A stretch of DNA of 64,000 nt, taken from contig OZ024743.1 of the NCBI GenBank assembly GCA_964016885.1, positions 17,670,001-17,734,000 on the forward strand. The letters are read 5' to 3'. Position 1 is the first letter of the stretch. Each line of letters opens with the position of its first letter. The translations under genes were made by a program, and so were the position numbers. Source of the DNA: Eledone cirrhosa (taxonomy: Eukaryota). Of this stretch, positions 49,536-62,196 are shown piece by piece. The notes beneath the pieces were generated by a model. It had not been told where the DNA came from. It saw nothing but the letters and a program-made list of their open reading frames with translations, and made no database searches.

Positions 49536-52500
49536 GAACCACACCCCACCCCCAGAAAAACAAATGCACGGCAATAAACACACACAACAAGAAACTAATG
49601 ACTTACATAATTGAACACACAGACATTTCACAACAGGACTACATAATACCAGCACCAATCAAAACGCCAACTAACATAAGACTGCTAAAAATAGCACAGA
49701 AACAATACACAAACATTAAAACGAAATTCCCCAACGCAGTTGGTGATTTCAGGGACCTAGGAGGAACCATTAATCGAAGAGTATATTCAGACATTCTCTT
49801 AGAAGAGCCGACGACCAGCCGAAGGGACGATTCAACGGTCCCTTCACCAGACGATCAAGTGAAAAGGGATGTAAAAACCATCCCTCCTCTACCAAAAATA
49901 CGGTAAGTGGTCTTTCCCATCTTTTCCACTCTATTTTAAACATGACCTCACTCAGAATAGGCAGCATAAATGCGCGTGGCTTGGGGTCGTCATGGAAGCA
50001 GGGTCACCTGCTCAACGACCTCAGGTCACTAAACATAGATGTAGTGGCCATCAGCGAGACCAGAATCTCCGAAGCACGGGCCTTCGCACCGATCTTCGGC
50101 GGCTACGATGTGTACGCATCTCCCAGCCGTCCTGGATCGGGTGGAGGAGTTGCTGTGCTTTTTCGGAGAGGTTTGGATCTCGCCATACGGGCCATCTTCC
50201 TGGACCCAGAGGGTAAGCTGGTGGTGCTGGACGTGACCAGCGGAGACGGGCAAGCTTTCAGGCTAGTGGCCGTCTATGCCCCGACAGGAGCAGGGCGGCC
50301 TGATTTCTTCCGGCGTCTGGAGACCTTTCTTGGAACGTCGCGCTCTTTAGTGTTAGTGGGCGACTGGAACGGGATCTTAGATGCACGCTGGGACTGTGTG
50401 GGATTAGCGGATAGGGGTGGAGGGTGCAAGAGCCTCACCAACCTGCTCAGGCGTTTTGAACTGTCTGACAGGTACCGATTGGATTTCCCGAATGTGCCAA
50501 TGTGGACTTGGACAAACCGCATAGGGTCATCCAGATCATATCTAGATAGAGTATTTTGTAGGGAAATAGATAGGTCTAGCATAGGCTGTCCACAATTCAA
50601 GATAGTCAGCTACACGGACCACAAATTCGTGATCTGTGTGCTTGACTTAGATAGGCTTCATAGACGAGGACCCGGCTACTGGAAGCTAAACGCGTCCTTA
50701 CCAGCGCGCAAGGCCTACAGAGACCGGATTAGCGAACTAGTTAAGCGGGCGTTGACGGGGGCCATCGTCAACAACAAGTGGTGGTTTGCTCTGAAAAGAG
50801 CGATTAGAATAGAATCGATTAGGTTTAGTAAGGCTTTAGCAATAGAGAAAAATAGAGCAGAGGGAGAACTAGTTAGAAAATTAGACGAGGCGCTTAGCAA
50901 AGGCATTGCGACCGACGTGCTTGCGGCGAAATTGGCCCTTGACCAATTCTTCAATGCAAAGCACGAAGGCTGCGTTGTCAGAGCTAGGGTGCGTGCTCTC
51001 AGACACGAGGGGACGAAAGCCGTTCAATGGGCCCGAGTGGCGGAGGCGCGTCGTGGCAACAAAGCCACGATCCGGTCTTTGGTGGACCACGACGGGCGCA
51101 TGCTACTCGATCCCGGGCAAATGTGTGAAGCTTTTCAGCGACACTTCGCTCAGCTGTTCGGGGGCAGCGGGGGGCCGGGTAGAGGGATGGACTTTAGTGT
51201 CTACCTCGACGGACTGCCGCGGCTCTCGGCCACTGAGGCGAAGTGTTGCGAAAAGCCGATAACAGCCGCTGAAGTAAGGGAGGCAATGACTGGCTGCACA
51301 AGGGGTAAATCGCCTGGTTTGGATGGTCTGCCCTATGAACTTTACGTACAGATGCCAGACTTGTTCGGAGGCCTCTTGGCGGACGTCTACTGCAACTGGC
51401 AACAGAACGGGAGAATTCCCAGTTCTGTGAGCCGAGGAGCGGTGGCACTGCTGAGAAAGGATCCGAACAAGGGGGATAACATAGACAATTTCCGGCCCAT
51501 AACTCTGCTAAACACAGAGTTTAAGATTTTGGCCAAGGTGCTAGCAAAGAGGTTGGCGCTTGTCGTTGGTGGTCTGGTGGGAGAGGCGCAGACATGCGCC
51601 ATTCCCGACAGATCCATCCACGACAACCTCCACCTCATGCGATACATCGTAGAGAGGGTAGCTAGGGAACCTGGCACGGGTGGGTCCTTGATCAATTTAG
51701 ATCAGTCGAAAGCTTTCGATAGGGTCGACCATCGTTACCTAGCGGCAGTCCTGAGGGCGGCTGGCTTTGGGCCCGTCTTCAGAGGCTGGATCGCTGCCAT
51801 GCACAGCGACATCTGCTCTGTGGTGAGAGTGAACGGTCACCTGTCGGAACCGTTCAACATCATGCGCTCGGTCCGCCAAGGATGTCCCCTCTCGTCCCTC
51901 TTGTACGTATTGACTCTCGAGCCATTACTGCACAAACTGGAGACGTTGAGGGGAGTCCCGCGCGAACTAGGATGCGGAAGATCCGTGTCAGCATATGCGG
52001 ACGATGTCACCGTAGTGGTGTCGAACGCCAAACACATCGAGGCGATCGGCACTACACTAAGAGAATACGAAGCGGTGACAGGAGCAATGATCAACCAGGA
52101 AAAGTCAGTGGGCCTGCAGCTCGGCACCTGGAGAGGCAGGTCCATGCCGTCCAACAGCGTCGTCGGGCGCTGGACGGACGGACCGGTTAAATTGCTAGGG
52201 GTCTGGTTCGGTCCGGACCTCCAGACGGACAAAAACTGGGACGAGGTGACGAGCAGGGTGGCTTCTCTCACCCAGAAATGGGCGGAGAGGAAGCTATCCC
52301 TGAAAGGTCGAGCGGAGGTGGCTAACGCGTACATCGCGTCTGTCATCTGCTACCGCCTAACCGTCGTACCTTGTCCTAAGCCTCGCCTGACTGCGCTGGA
52401 GCGTTTGCTCTTTCGCTTTTTGTGGAAGGGACGTGCTCCGATGGTCAGGCGGTCCATCTGTTGTCAACACCCGCTACGTGGAGGGCTGGGCATGCCGTGG

Positions 52501-53621
52501 CTGATGATGCGCAGGCACGCGCTCAGGCTACGACATCTCCACCTCTTCCTCGACGGTGATCAGGTGTGGTCGCCGTTTGCTAGACGCGTTTTTCCCCAGC
52601 TCGTTTCCTTGACGGAGCTGCAGTCCTGGGTCAAGCGAAGACCGAGAGGGAGCGCCTGGAGACTGGAATGTCTTCAGGCGCTCACAGCCCTCGACCAATC
52701 GGGCAATGTGATCGGTGGAAACTCCACCTCGGCGTTCTATAGAGGATTAGTGGAGGGGAAGAGCGACGACGTACTTGGGGAAACTCTAGGCGTCGACGAA
52801 AATCAACTAGCCAATCTCTTCGGAAGAACCTTCGGGCCGGGGCCTATGGACAACTTCCAGAAATCTCTGGCCTGGCAGTGCTACCGAGGAGCCTTGCCAG
52901 TTCGGGATAAACTCTACAGGCATGGAGGTGCCGTCAGCCGGGCATGTCCGAGATGCGCGCAGGGCGACGAAACCGTCCTGCACGCACTCGTCCAGTGTCC
53001 GAAAATTGCTGACTTGTGGGTTTATGTCGAACACCTGCTGTCGCGTTTAGGACGGATCCAGCTATCATCTGAGTCTATCGTGAGGATTGCCCCGCCCTCC
53101 TCCTTTAGCCGGGAAGGGCAGGCAGTTTTTATCTGTCTGGTGGCCATGGCGAAAGAGATAGTATGGTGGACACGTTTGAAAGGGCTGAAGACGAGCACTT
53201 ACCTCTTCGGTGATGCTCTGATTGACTTTTTCAAATTTCATTTGAAAAGGAAAATCAGAGTAGAGAAGGAAGTGCTCTCTTCCCAGCATTTTGTTGAAAG
53301 ATGGGTGAGAGAAGCAAGAATGGCCCGAGTGAATGGGCCGACTCTGAGTATATATCTGTAAACTAAAGGTGGAAAACTGGGAGAGGGCACTTGCCTTGGT
53401 GGTCAGGGTCATTGTGGCTTTTTACTGGGCTTTCTCCACAAATGTCCCTCCGAAGTCTCCCCCCTATTGGGGAATTTTTCATTGTTATTTTCATTGTTAT
53501 TTTTGTTACATCCTCTATTTTTGTTTTTTTACACGCAGAAATGCCCATTTGTACCGTCCTGCATTGTCCTGCACTGTCCTTAATGTCTACTTTATGTAAA
53601 CCCTTGTGGTTAATAAAGAAA

Positions 53622-53623
<2 letters not shown>
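49536..53623 (+). mobile_element. Second young Tx1 copy, 5' truncated in late ORF1, head-to-tail with the previous copy
   Basis: Starts at the equivalent of 45441 after only ATTATT; ends in (ATT)n 53624-53677. Confidence 0.96.
49942..53361 (+). CDS. Tx1/L1-clade ORF2 (1139 aa, intact)
   Basis: Same motifs; about 8 aa differences from 45848-49267 counted by eye. Confidence 0.97.
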   Translation: MTSLRIGSINARGLGSSWKQGHLLNDLRSLNIDVVAISETRISEARAFAPIFGGYDVYASPSRPGSGGGVAVLFRRGLDLAIRAIFLDPEGKLVVLDVTSGDGQAFRLVAVYAPTGAGRPDFFRRLETFLGTSRSLVLVGDWNGILDARWDCVGLADRGGGCKSLTNLLRRFELSDRYRLDFPNVPMWTWTNRIGSSRSYLDRVFCREIDRSSIGCPQFKIVSYTDHKFVICVLDLDRLHRRGPGYWKLNASLPARKAYRDRISELVKRALTGAIVNNKWWFALKRAIRIESIRFSKALAIEKNRAEGELVRKLDEALSKGIATDVLAAKLALDQFFNAKHEGCVVRARVRALRHEGTKAVQWARVAEARRGNKATIRSLVDHDGRMLLDPGQMCEAFQRHFAQLFGGSGGPGRGMDFSVYLDGLPRLSATEAKCCEKPITAAEVREAMTGCTRGKSPGLDGLPYELYVQMPDLFGGLLADVYCNWQQNGRIPSSVSRGAVALLRKDPNKGDNIDNFRPITLLNTEFKILAKVLAKRLALVVGGLVGEAQTCAIPDRSIHDNLHLMRYIVERVAREPGTGGSLINLDQSKAFDRVDHRYLAAVLRAAGFGPVFRGWIAAMHSDICSVVRVNGHLSEPFNIMRSVRQGCPLSSLLYVLTLEPLLHKLETLRGVPRELGCGRSVSAYADDVTVVVSNAKHIEAIGTTLREYEAVTGAMINQEKSVGLQLGTWRGRSMPSNSVVGRWTDGPVKLLGVWFGPDLQTDKNWDEVTSRVASLTQKWAERKLSLKGRAEVANAYIASVICYRLTVVPCPKPRLTALERLLFRFLWKGRAPMVRRSICCQHPLRGGLGMPWLMMRRHALRLRHLHLFLDGDQVWSPFARRVFPQLVSLTELQSWVKRRPRGSAWRLECLQALTALDQSGNVIGGNSTSAFYRGLVEGKSDDVLGETLGVDENQLANLFGRTFGPGPMDNFQKSLAWQCYRGALPVRDKLYRHGGAVSRACPRCAQGDETVLHALVQCPKIADLWVYVEHLLSRLGRIQLSSESIVRIAPPSSFSREGQAVFICLVAMAKEIVWWTRLKGLKTSTYLFGDALIDFFKFHLKRKIRVEKEVLSSQHFVERWVREARMARVNGPTLSIYL

Positions 53624-53677
<54 letters not shown>

Positions 53678-53679
<2 letters not shown>

Positions 53680-53861
53680 AGTTGCATTTATCTTCTTTTA
53701 TATTCATACGAGTTATCACCAAGTCACAACCAGTGACCTCAAGAGACGACGAGGTCCGCCATGTTCAAGAAAGAACATACATAATCACACATGCATCTTT
53801 AGTGTTTAGACTTGTGATGTACTTATATTGACAGAATCTTCCTTAGTATATGGGCAGTTCC

Positions 53862-53862
<1 letters not shown>
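53678..53862 (-). mobile_element. Dong family B very short 3' fragment
   Basis: 3'UTR plus last codons; (ATT)n flanks. Confidence 0.9.
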
Positions 53863-53892
<30 letters not shown>

Positions 53893-53904
53893 GTTGTTGT
53901 TATT

Positions 53905-54396
53905 CCTTGAATCTCAGTCATTGATGTTGGTTAACTGGAAAGTCCGTTGGATTGAATATCAAGCCACTACCTGCAGCCTCAGATATTCAGGACGTATCGG
54001 AGGGTTCTTGCTGTTCCAAGCAAGCATGCCTTTTGAAGCGTTCCAAAAAGCGTGAAGGGGCCGATTTTCTTTATCCATCCCTGGAAACTTTTGGAGATAG
54101 TCCCCAGTGCGCCTATGACAATCGGGATCACTTTGACTTCATGGCAGTTCCAAATCCTTTTCACCTCCCACTTTAGATCCTGGTATCGGTTAATTTTCTC
54201 CCTCTCCTTCTCTTGCACTCTCGTGTCGAACGGGCAGGCCACATCCACAATCAGACACGTTCTTTTTTCTTTGTCCACAACCACCAGGTCAGGTCTATTG
54301 TGTTCCAGATTTTTGTCCGTCTGTATCCTAAAATCCCACAGCACCTTCACCTGATTGTTCTCCATCACCGCCTCTGGCCTATGCTCATACCATTTC
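53905..54396 (-). mobile_element. Dong family A 3' fragment
   Basis: RLE ORF 53979-54437 (RPDLVV, DVACPFD, KINRYQDL). Confidence 0.93.
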
Positions 54397-54432
54397 ATTA
54401 TTATTGTTATTATTATTATTATTATTATTATT

Positions 54433-57400
54433 TGCATTTATCTTGCTTTATGTTCATACGAGTTATCACCAAGTCACCACCAGTGACCTCAAGAGACAAC
54501 AAGGTCCGCCATGTTCAAGAAAGAACATACATATTCACACATGCATCCTTAGTGTTTAGACTTCTGATGTACTTATATTGACAGGATCTTCCTTAGTATA
54601 TGGGAAGTTCCCATTAGTACAATCTTTTGTATTTCTCCTATACGCGGGTTTCCTGAGATTTGCGATAAGTAGTCGTTATACCCCTTAGGTATCATTCCCA
54701 GAGCGCCTACAACCACTGGTATTGTTTTAGTTCTCAATTTCCACATTTTTCCAATTTCTATCTCCAGGTCCTTATACTTGCTAAATTTTTCAAATGTTTT
54801 TATAGATACATTCTTGTCTATTGGAACAGACATATCAATTAGCAAGCATACCCTCCTTTGAAAGTCCTTCAATATTATATCAGGTCTATGTGCATCTATT
54901 TTTCGGTCTGTTTGGATGCTAAAGTTCCACAAGATTGAGATGTGATCTTTTTCAAGTATGGGACGTGGTTGATGCTCCCAACAATTCTTTTGATGGGGCA
55001 GGTCAAAATGCTTACACATTATCCAATGTACGTATTGTGCAGCTCTGTCATGCCTGTTTAGGTATTCGGTTGGAGCTATAGGACTGCACATTGAAATTAT
55101 ATGGTGAATGGTCTCTGGTTGTTTTTTGCATACACGGCATAATGGGCTGCACCCATTTTTTATTATGTTGACTTGGTAATATTTTGTTGGCAGACACTGA
55201 TCTTGTGCTGATATAATCAGTCCTTCAGTCTCCGATTTCAGTCCAGAGGATGCCAATCAATGATGGGTTAAAGTGTTGTCAACATCAGGATTGTTAGCTC
55301 GCTCTGGGTATTTTCCATACAGAGGATTTTCTTGCCATTTCTTAGCCAGTTTCTGTAGCAGTTCTTTCTTTGCAGTTACTTTTACCTGCTTTGCTTTTTC
55401 TGTGTTTTCCATTTCAGCAGTAAATGGGACTTCTGAAATTTGTAGTCCATTAGTGTATCTTTGTGCATCTTTTGTAATGGAATATGATCTTTTGGTGCTT
55501 TCGTGTTTCAAAACGAGTTTGATCATCCAATCATGTGATTCCCTTAGATATGTGGATAATCTAATTGTTGCAGTTTTCAACGCAATGTCTAACTGGATTA
55601 ACCCACGTCCTCCTTCTTTCCTAGTGAGATATATACTATCTATGTCTGCCTTAGGGTGATGCATTCTGTGCATGGTTAAGAATTTTAGGATTTTTGTATC
55701 GAGCCTACGGATCTCTGTGCTTGACCAGTTGATGACATTGTAATTGTAGGTTACTACTGGTATGGCAAGCGTGTTTATGGCATCGACCCTATTCCTTGCA
55801 TTCAATTCCGTTCTTAAGATTGCTCTGACACTGCGGTACTATTCCTTCCTTATCCCTTCCCTCATTGTCGAGTGCTTGATTCCGTCCCCTTCACAAACAC
55901 CTAGATATTTGTAAGTTTGTTCTAGATCAAGCTCTCTTATCACGTTCCCCCGATCAAGATTAATGTCTGAACTCTTCAGCAGCTTTCCTCAGGTGAACGT
56001 TGCTTTGGCGCATTTATCCAGTCCAAACTCCATTTTAATGTCATCACTGAACTGCTCCACAGTGGATAATAGCCCTTGCAATTGTTCATCAGTTTTTGCA
56101 AATAGTTTCAGGTCATCCATGTAGAACAGGTGATTAATGGTTTTGTCATAGACTCTATATCCATGTTTTGTTTCATTGAGCATTTTACTTAATGTTATAT
56201 GTGCGATGCAGAATAAAAGCGGTGATAAAGATTCACCCTGAAAAACTTCACAATTAATATTAACTTCTCCAGCTTCCAGTGATTTTGTTTCACTATTCAA
56301 AAGTAGTGTCGTTTTCCATGTCTTCATACTGAATGACAAAACCTTCCTGACAACGGGGGATATTTTGAAAATCTCTAAACATTTTTCAATCCAACTGTGT
56401 GGCAAACTATCGAATGCTTTTTTTATAATCTATCCAAGCAATCGATAGATTTTTGTGTCTATTATGACACTCTTCCAGTATCATTTTGTTAACCAGAAGC
56501 TGATCCTTACAGCCATATGAGCCTCGTTTACTCCCTTTCTGCTCAATGGGAAATAGGTCATTTGTTATCAGGTGGTCATATGTGTATTCAGTTAGGACTG
56601 ATGTTAAAATGTTATACATTGTGGTCAAGCAGGTTATCGGTCTGTAATTTTTGGGATTGTTTGTCTCATCATTCTTCGGTAGCAGGAATGTAATGCCGTT
56701 AACTAGCCATGATGGTATATTTTCTGGCTCCTTAACTATTTCATTGTAAAGTTGGGCTAACAGCTCATGAGACACTGTGAAGGCATTTATCCAAAAGTTT
56801 TGTATTTTGTCTTTTCCTGGGGATTTCCATTTGCTGGTTTTTCTTAGAGCCAAGCGCAACTGTTCAACTGTTATATTTTCCCATATTTGTTCCTCAAGGT
56901 GAGCTGTATCTTTCATTTGTCTGTCTATCCATGTTATGAACTTTTTCTTCGGCCCAGATCTTTTCCCAGAATTCTTGCACTTCCTCCTTGGGTGGTATTG
57001 ATTTAGCAGTTATTGTTGACTTACCAATTTTTCTGTAGAAGTTTCTTTGGTTGTTTATGATCATATTATTGTCCTTATAGAATCTAGATCGTTTTTCAAA
57101 GCGCCTTATACGAGCAGCTTTGGCCGACACTTTTTGCTTGATTGTTTCTATCAGCATGTCTATGTCACATGTTGATCTTATACTGTACTTTGTTTTCAAT
57201 TTTCTAAGTTTAGTTTGTTTAACATGTTCACCTACTTTATAGTTTGTTAACATTTCTATGTCAGATCGTAGAAGGTTTATTTGGCGATTGATGATATCTT
57301 GCGAAGTAGATTTCTTGTGGGAATTCCTTTGTTTTTTCATCTTCACTCCACATAAGTGAGTGGTGACTTTAGCCGATGCATAATAGAGATGATTTAAGTC

Positions 57401-57600
57401 AGTAATGTTTAGTTTGTTTGTGATAATAATGTTTTTGAGAATTATGTTAGTCTTGTGTATTATCTTTTGGTTCTGTTTGGAGTTCTGGATCTTAGGGAGG
57501 GTGTCTCGTTTCCCCATGTCAGATTCTTTCATTTTCATCCATTCGATAATAATTTCATCCTTCAAGTTGGCAAGTTCATTCTCATTCATTTCTTTATCAT
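54433..57600 (-). mobile_element. Dong family B, long 5'-truncated copy, frameshifted
   Basis: ORFs 56894-57643, 56407-56916 (NYRPITCL), 55989-56405 (FQGESLSPLLF, YMDDLKLF), 55257-55805 and 54573-55256 (zinc finger plus RLE). Confidence 0.95.
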
Positions 57601-57626
57601 TTATTATTATTATTGTTATTGTTATT

Positions 57627-60600
57627 CCTTGAATCTCAGTCATTGATGTTGGTTAACTGGAAAGTCCGTTGGATTGAATATCAAGCCACTACCTGCAGCC
57701 TCATATTCAGGACGTATCGGAGGGTTCTTGCTGTTCCAAGCAAGCATGCCTTTTAAAGCGTTCCAAAAAGCGTGAAGGGGCCGATTTTCTTTAACCATCC
57801 CTGGAAACCTTTGGAGATAGTCCCCAGTGCGCCTATGACAATCGGGATCACTTTGACTTCATGGCAGTTCCAAATCCTTTTCACCTCCCACTTTAGGTCC
57901 TGGTATCGGTTAATTTTCTCCCTCTCCTTCTCTTGCACTCTCGTGTCGAACGGGCAGGCCACATCCACAATCAGGCACGATCTTTTTTCTTTGTCCATAA
58001 CCACCAGGTCAGGTCTATTGTGTTCCAGTTTTTTGTCCGTCTGTATCCTAAAATCCCACAGCACCTTCACCTGACTGTTCTCCATCACCGCCTCTGGCCT
58101 ATGCTCATACCATTTCTCAGAATGTGGTAGATTGTTTACTTTGCACAGGTGCCAGTGGATCACCCTGCCCATCACATCGTGTCTCCAGCCCTTATAGTGG
58201 GTCTGGGCTAGGTGTTTACACTCGGACACAATGTGAGCCACAGTCTCCTCACTCTCTCCACAGATCCTGCACAGTGGGCTAGCCTCCTCCTTGTAGATAT
58301 GGTGCTTAAACCACTTCGTTTTGAGGGCCTGCTCCTGCGCAGCCATTAGCATTCCTTCTGTAGCCTTTTTGAGGTCTCCTCTTCTCAACCAGTTCCATGT
58401 CTGTGGATCTCTAAATTCAGTTTTCTCAAAGAGGGTACTATGAAGGGATTTTCCCTTAAGGCTGCTCTTCCTCCTTGATGTTATTTCCTCCTTGGACATC
58501 CCCTGGCCTACTGTCCCCTCCTTCAGTACAGTTCTGAGCATTGGCTCCTTACTATAGGTCACGTATTTGTATAGGTTGTTTTTCTCCATCTGAACACAGT
58601 CCTCTATGCTGATAAGACCTCTTCCACCCTCAGATCTCCTTAGGTAGATGCTATCGACATCACTCCTCTTGTGGAACATGTTGTAGATAGTCAATAGCTT
58701 CCTAGTCTTCCTATCCATTTCTTTTTGTTCAGCAACATTCCATCTCAGAATTCCCGCACTGTACCTAATAATAGACACAGCTCGGGAATTTACTGCGCTT
58801 ATGGCATTTCTGCTGTTCAGATGTGACTTCAATACGCTCCTTACTCTCCGAATGTATTCAGTTCTTAACAATTCCTTCATTTTTTTGTTCTTTATGCCAT
58901 CAGCCTCCAGAACGCCCAAATACTTGTATCCTTCCTCAGAGTCAATTTCCTTTATCATCTCACCTGTTGGTATCTGGATCCCGTTACTTCTGCTCAACAT
59001 ACCCCTCTTCATCACAATGACTCCACATTTACCAATACCAAACTGCATACATATATCACTGCTGAAAATACGGACAGTGTCAACAAGCACATCCAACTCC
59101 TTCTCACTTTTCCCGAAGAGCTTAAGATCGTCCATGAAGAGGAGGTGATTGATGGTAAGCTCTCCCCTTCCCAACTTGTATCCTGCTCTCACTTTTCGCA
59201 GCATAATGGTCAAGGGCATCAGGGCAAGGACAAACAACTAAGGGGACAGGCTATCTCCCAGGAAGATACCTCTCTTGATCTTCACGCTTCCCAAGGATAC
59301 TCCAGTTGATGTCAACTCTGTCTCCCAGGACCCCATACTCCTGCCCAGCAACTGTCTGATGTTATCTGCCACCCTGAAGACCTCCAGGCTTTTGGTGATC
59401 CAGGAATGAGGCACCATGTCAAATGCCTTTCTGTAGTCTATCCATCCCATGGCAAGATCAGTGTGTCTCCTCCTGCAATTCCCCATTACCATCTTATCAA
59501 TAAGCAACTGGTCCTTTGTACCACGTGACTTCTTTCGGCATCCTTTCTGTTCGTCCGGTAACAAGTTGTTTGTGTGGAGGTGATGGTAGATTTCCTCAGA
59601 CACAATGCTCGTCAACAGTTTCCACATTACGGGCAGACATGTGATAGGTCTATAGTTGGTAACATCATTACCCTTGATTCGGTCTTTCATTATCAGAACT
59701 GTGGTACCTTTTGTCAACCACTCTGGCACCTCACCCGACACCAGCAGTCATTGAACATGGCCGTCAGCTTCGGGTGGAGGGATGTTAAATGTTTAATCCA
59801 ATACCCCTGCACACCATCTGGGCCTGGTGATTTCCAGTTGGTTAGTTTTTTGGCTTGCCCCTTAAGAGTTTCAACTGTGATACTCAAATCAGTCTGTTGT
59901 TGTGCCTTCTCACCGATCTCCCTCTGTACTGTCTCAATCCACCCTGCCTGGGCATTGTGTCTAACATCCTGCTCCCATATTCCTCTCCAGAATGTTTTAG
60001 CTTGTTCCGCCCCAGGGATCAAGTCGTTGCCTCTTTCTTTCCCCTCAAGCTGTCCAAACAGCATCTTCTGGTTGTTGTCGAACATGCGGTTCTGTTTATA
60101 CTGACTGACTCTGTTCTCGTATCGCCTGATTTTGGCACTATTTGCTACAATGCGTTACTTCAATTCCTCTATGATAATATTTAGCTTTTTACTCCTAGTT
60201 TTGTATTTTATTTCCAGTCTATTTTTAGTGCCTATGTTTTTTAGTGTCCCATTCAGTAGTGACTCAAGCTTTCCTATGTCATTTCTCATTTCCCCGATTT
60301 GCCCACTCAGACGCTTCTTCCACCACGGCTCTGCTCTTTCTTGTCTGTTGTTTCCTCTCGCTTTTATACCAAGTAGTTTCCTCACCGTATTTGCTGTTGC
60401 TTTGAGGATACTGTTGCACTGGTGAAGACTCCTCGCCTCAAGGTATGGGATGACTTTGTTTACCTTAGCTGTTGTTTCTTTTAACTTTTTCCTGTCTACA
60501 AATCTTAGGTTCATAGGTCTCCCACTATCATTGTTCAATTCATCTACCACTAGATTTAGGATGTCAACCGAATCTTGTCCTAGCCCGTCAGCATTCATCT

Positions 60601-62168
60601 CCTCAGTGGCCGTATCTCTGTTCCAGGTATTATTTATCTCAGTATTCAGATCATTGTCTGCTTCGGGTGGTTCCTCCGTTCTCAGGACCTCCTCACCTTC
60701 ATTTCCCACCGGCTCGCTTGTCTGGCATACTACACCCGCCATCTCCAAGCCATTCTCTCTGCTCAGTTCCTCCAGTTCCAGCTCGCTTATCCACCCATTA
60801 GTTCCTATTACCCGAGCCTGCCCGGCCAATTTTTGTTCATCTAATTTAAATAAACCAATCTCGTTCCAGATGTTATGCATCCGTCTCCTGTAGCCCCTCT
60901 CCTTGGGGTTACTTTTCAGGTAGCATTGCATAACAGTTCTATTCAATTCTTTCGTCCAGTTGGTTCTGGCCCCTTTCCTTCTTCTTCTTCCTCCAACGTC
61001 AGCAGTATTTAGTTGACAGTCAGGTTCCTGCTGCTGAGCCAGGGGGCACCTGTTGGGTGAGAGTCTGTCACATGACGTTCTAGTCTCCATTTCACCGTTA
61101 TTCGAACTGTTTATGTTCGATATTTAAACACTCTTATCGAGGATTGGCGAATGTATGTTTACATAGCCATCTGTGGATCCGCCATCCCACTTGGCCCTTG
61201 TGTGGCATTATCACCACGCTGTATACGAACACACATAAACAAACAAACACACGGGCAGAAAGGGCCCCAAAATTGAATAAGCATAAGTTTCATTGTCATG
61301 TAGTATTCGAATGTCTGACTTAGTTTTTGTTTTTTAAGTTTTACTTTTTCCCCCCTCTTCTCTGTCTGTCCGCCTGCTTCTCTCTTCATTCTTATTTTCT
61401 TTACGTTTTGGGGGTTTCTTTTTTTGTTTTTGTTTTTCTCTGTTTGTTTTTCTCGTTTTTTGCTGTTGTTGCTGTGCTGCTTTGGTTTTGTTGTTTGTTT
61501 TTTCTTTTTTCTTTTGAGTCTATCTATATATTTTGATGCCTTCCTCTTTTTTAGTAGTAGGGATTCTATAAGGGAAGAAGACGCACGAGGTGACGGAGGT
61601 CATGAAATCGCTCCCGTAAGTTTTGAATTTTTAACATATTTAAATCATTTGTGAAATAACAACTCTTAGTACAAATGCTACGTAAAGCACCCGGCTTGAG
61701 CCCCAAAAAATTCGGACCCAAAATATATTGGTATAAGGCTCAAATATTCAAATATTCAACTTTGTATTGTACACTGTATATCCCCCCACAAAAATGGCTA
61801 TAAATGGAAGAAGAATACCCCCCCCCCCCTCCTCTCCTCTGGCTACACTATATAGGACAGCTAAACTCACGAACACCAGAAACTAGATACACCACCCACC
61901 CCATCATCGGTGTACACTAAACACAACAGCATTTTCACCTTCACCGCCACCGCTCACTACGGCCATCATTACCACCACTATCCCATCACCGCCGCCACCA
62001 CCCCTTGACTCCTTCACTGCTGCTGCCACCGCTACAGCACCATCACTACAGTAATACGGTCGCATCACCGCCACCACTGCCTCGGTATCGACATCACCAC
62101 CACCACTGTCTCAGTATCGCCAGCGCCGCCAGCCTCCCACTTCTCCCTGCTGGCTGCTACTACTTCCA
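57627..62168 (-). mobile_element. Full-length Dong family A element with its 5'-most ~600 bp inverted
   Basis: ORF pieces 61090 to 57753; 61569-62168 is the reverse complement of ~830-1434; (ATT)n on both sides. Confidence 0.95.
57753..61090 (-). pseudogene. R4/Dong single ORF (Myb-like N-terminus, RT, CCHC, restriction-like endonuclease), few disruptions
   Basis: RTNWTKELN; NYRPITCL; [12 protein letters not shown]; FMDDLKLF; YKYLG; CRIC...HIVSEC; RHD; PDLVV..DVACP..K. Confidence 0.93.
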
Positions 62169-62169
62169 T

Positions 62170-62196
62170 ATTATTATTATTATTATTATTATAATA

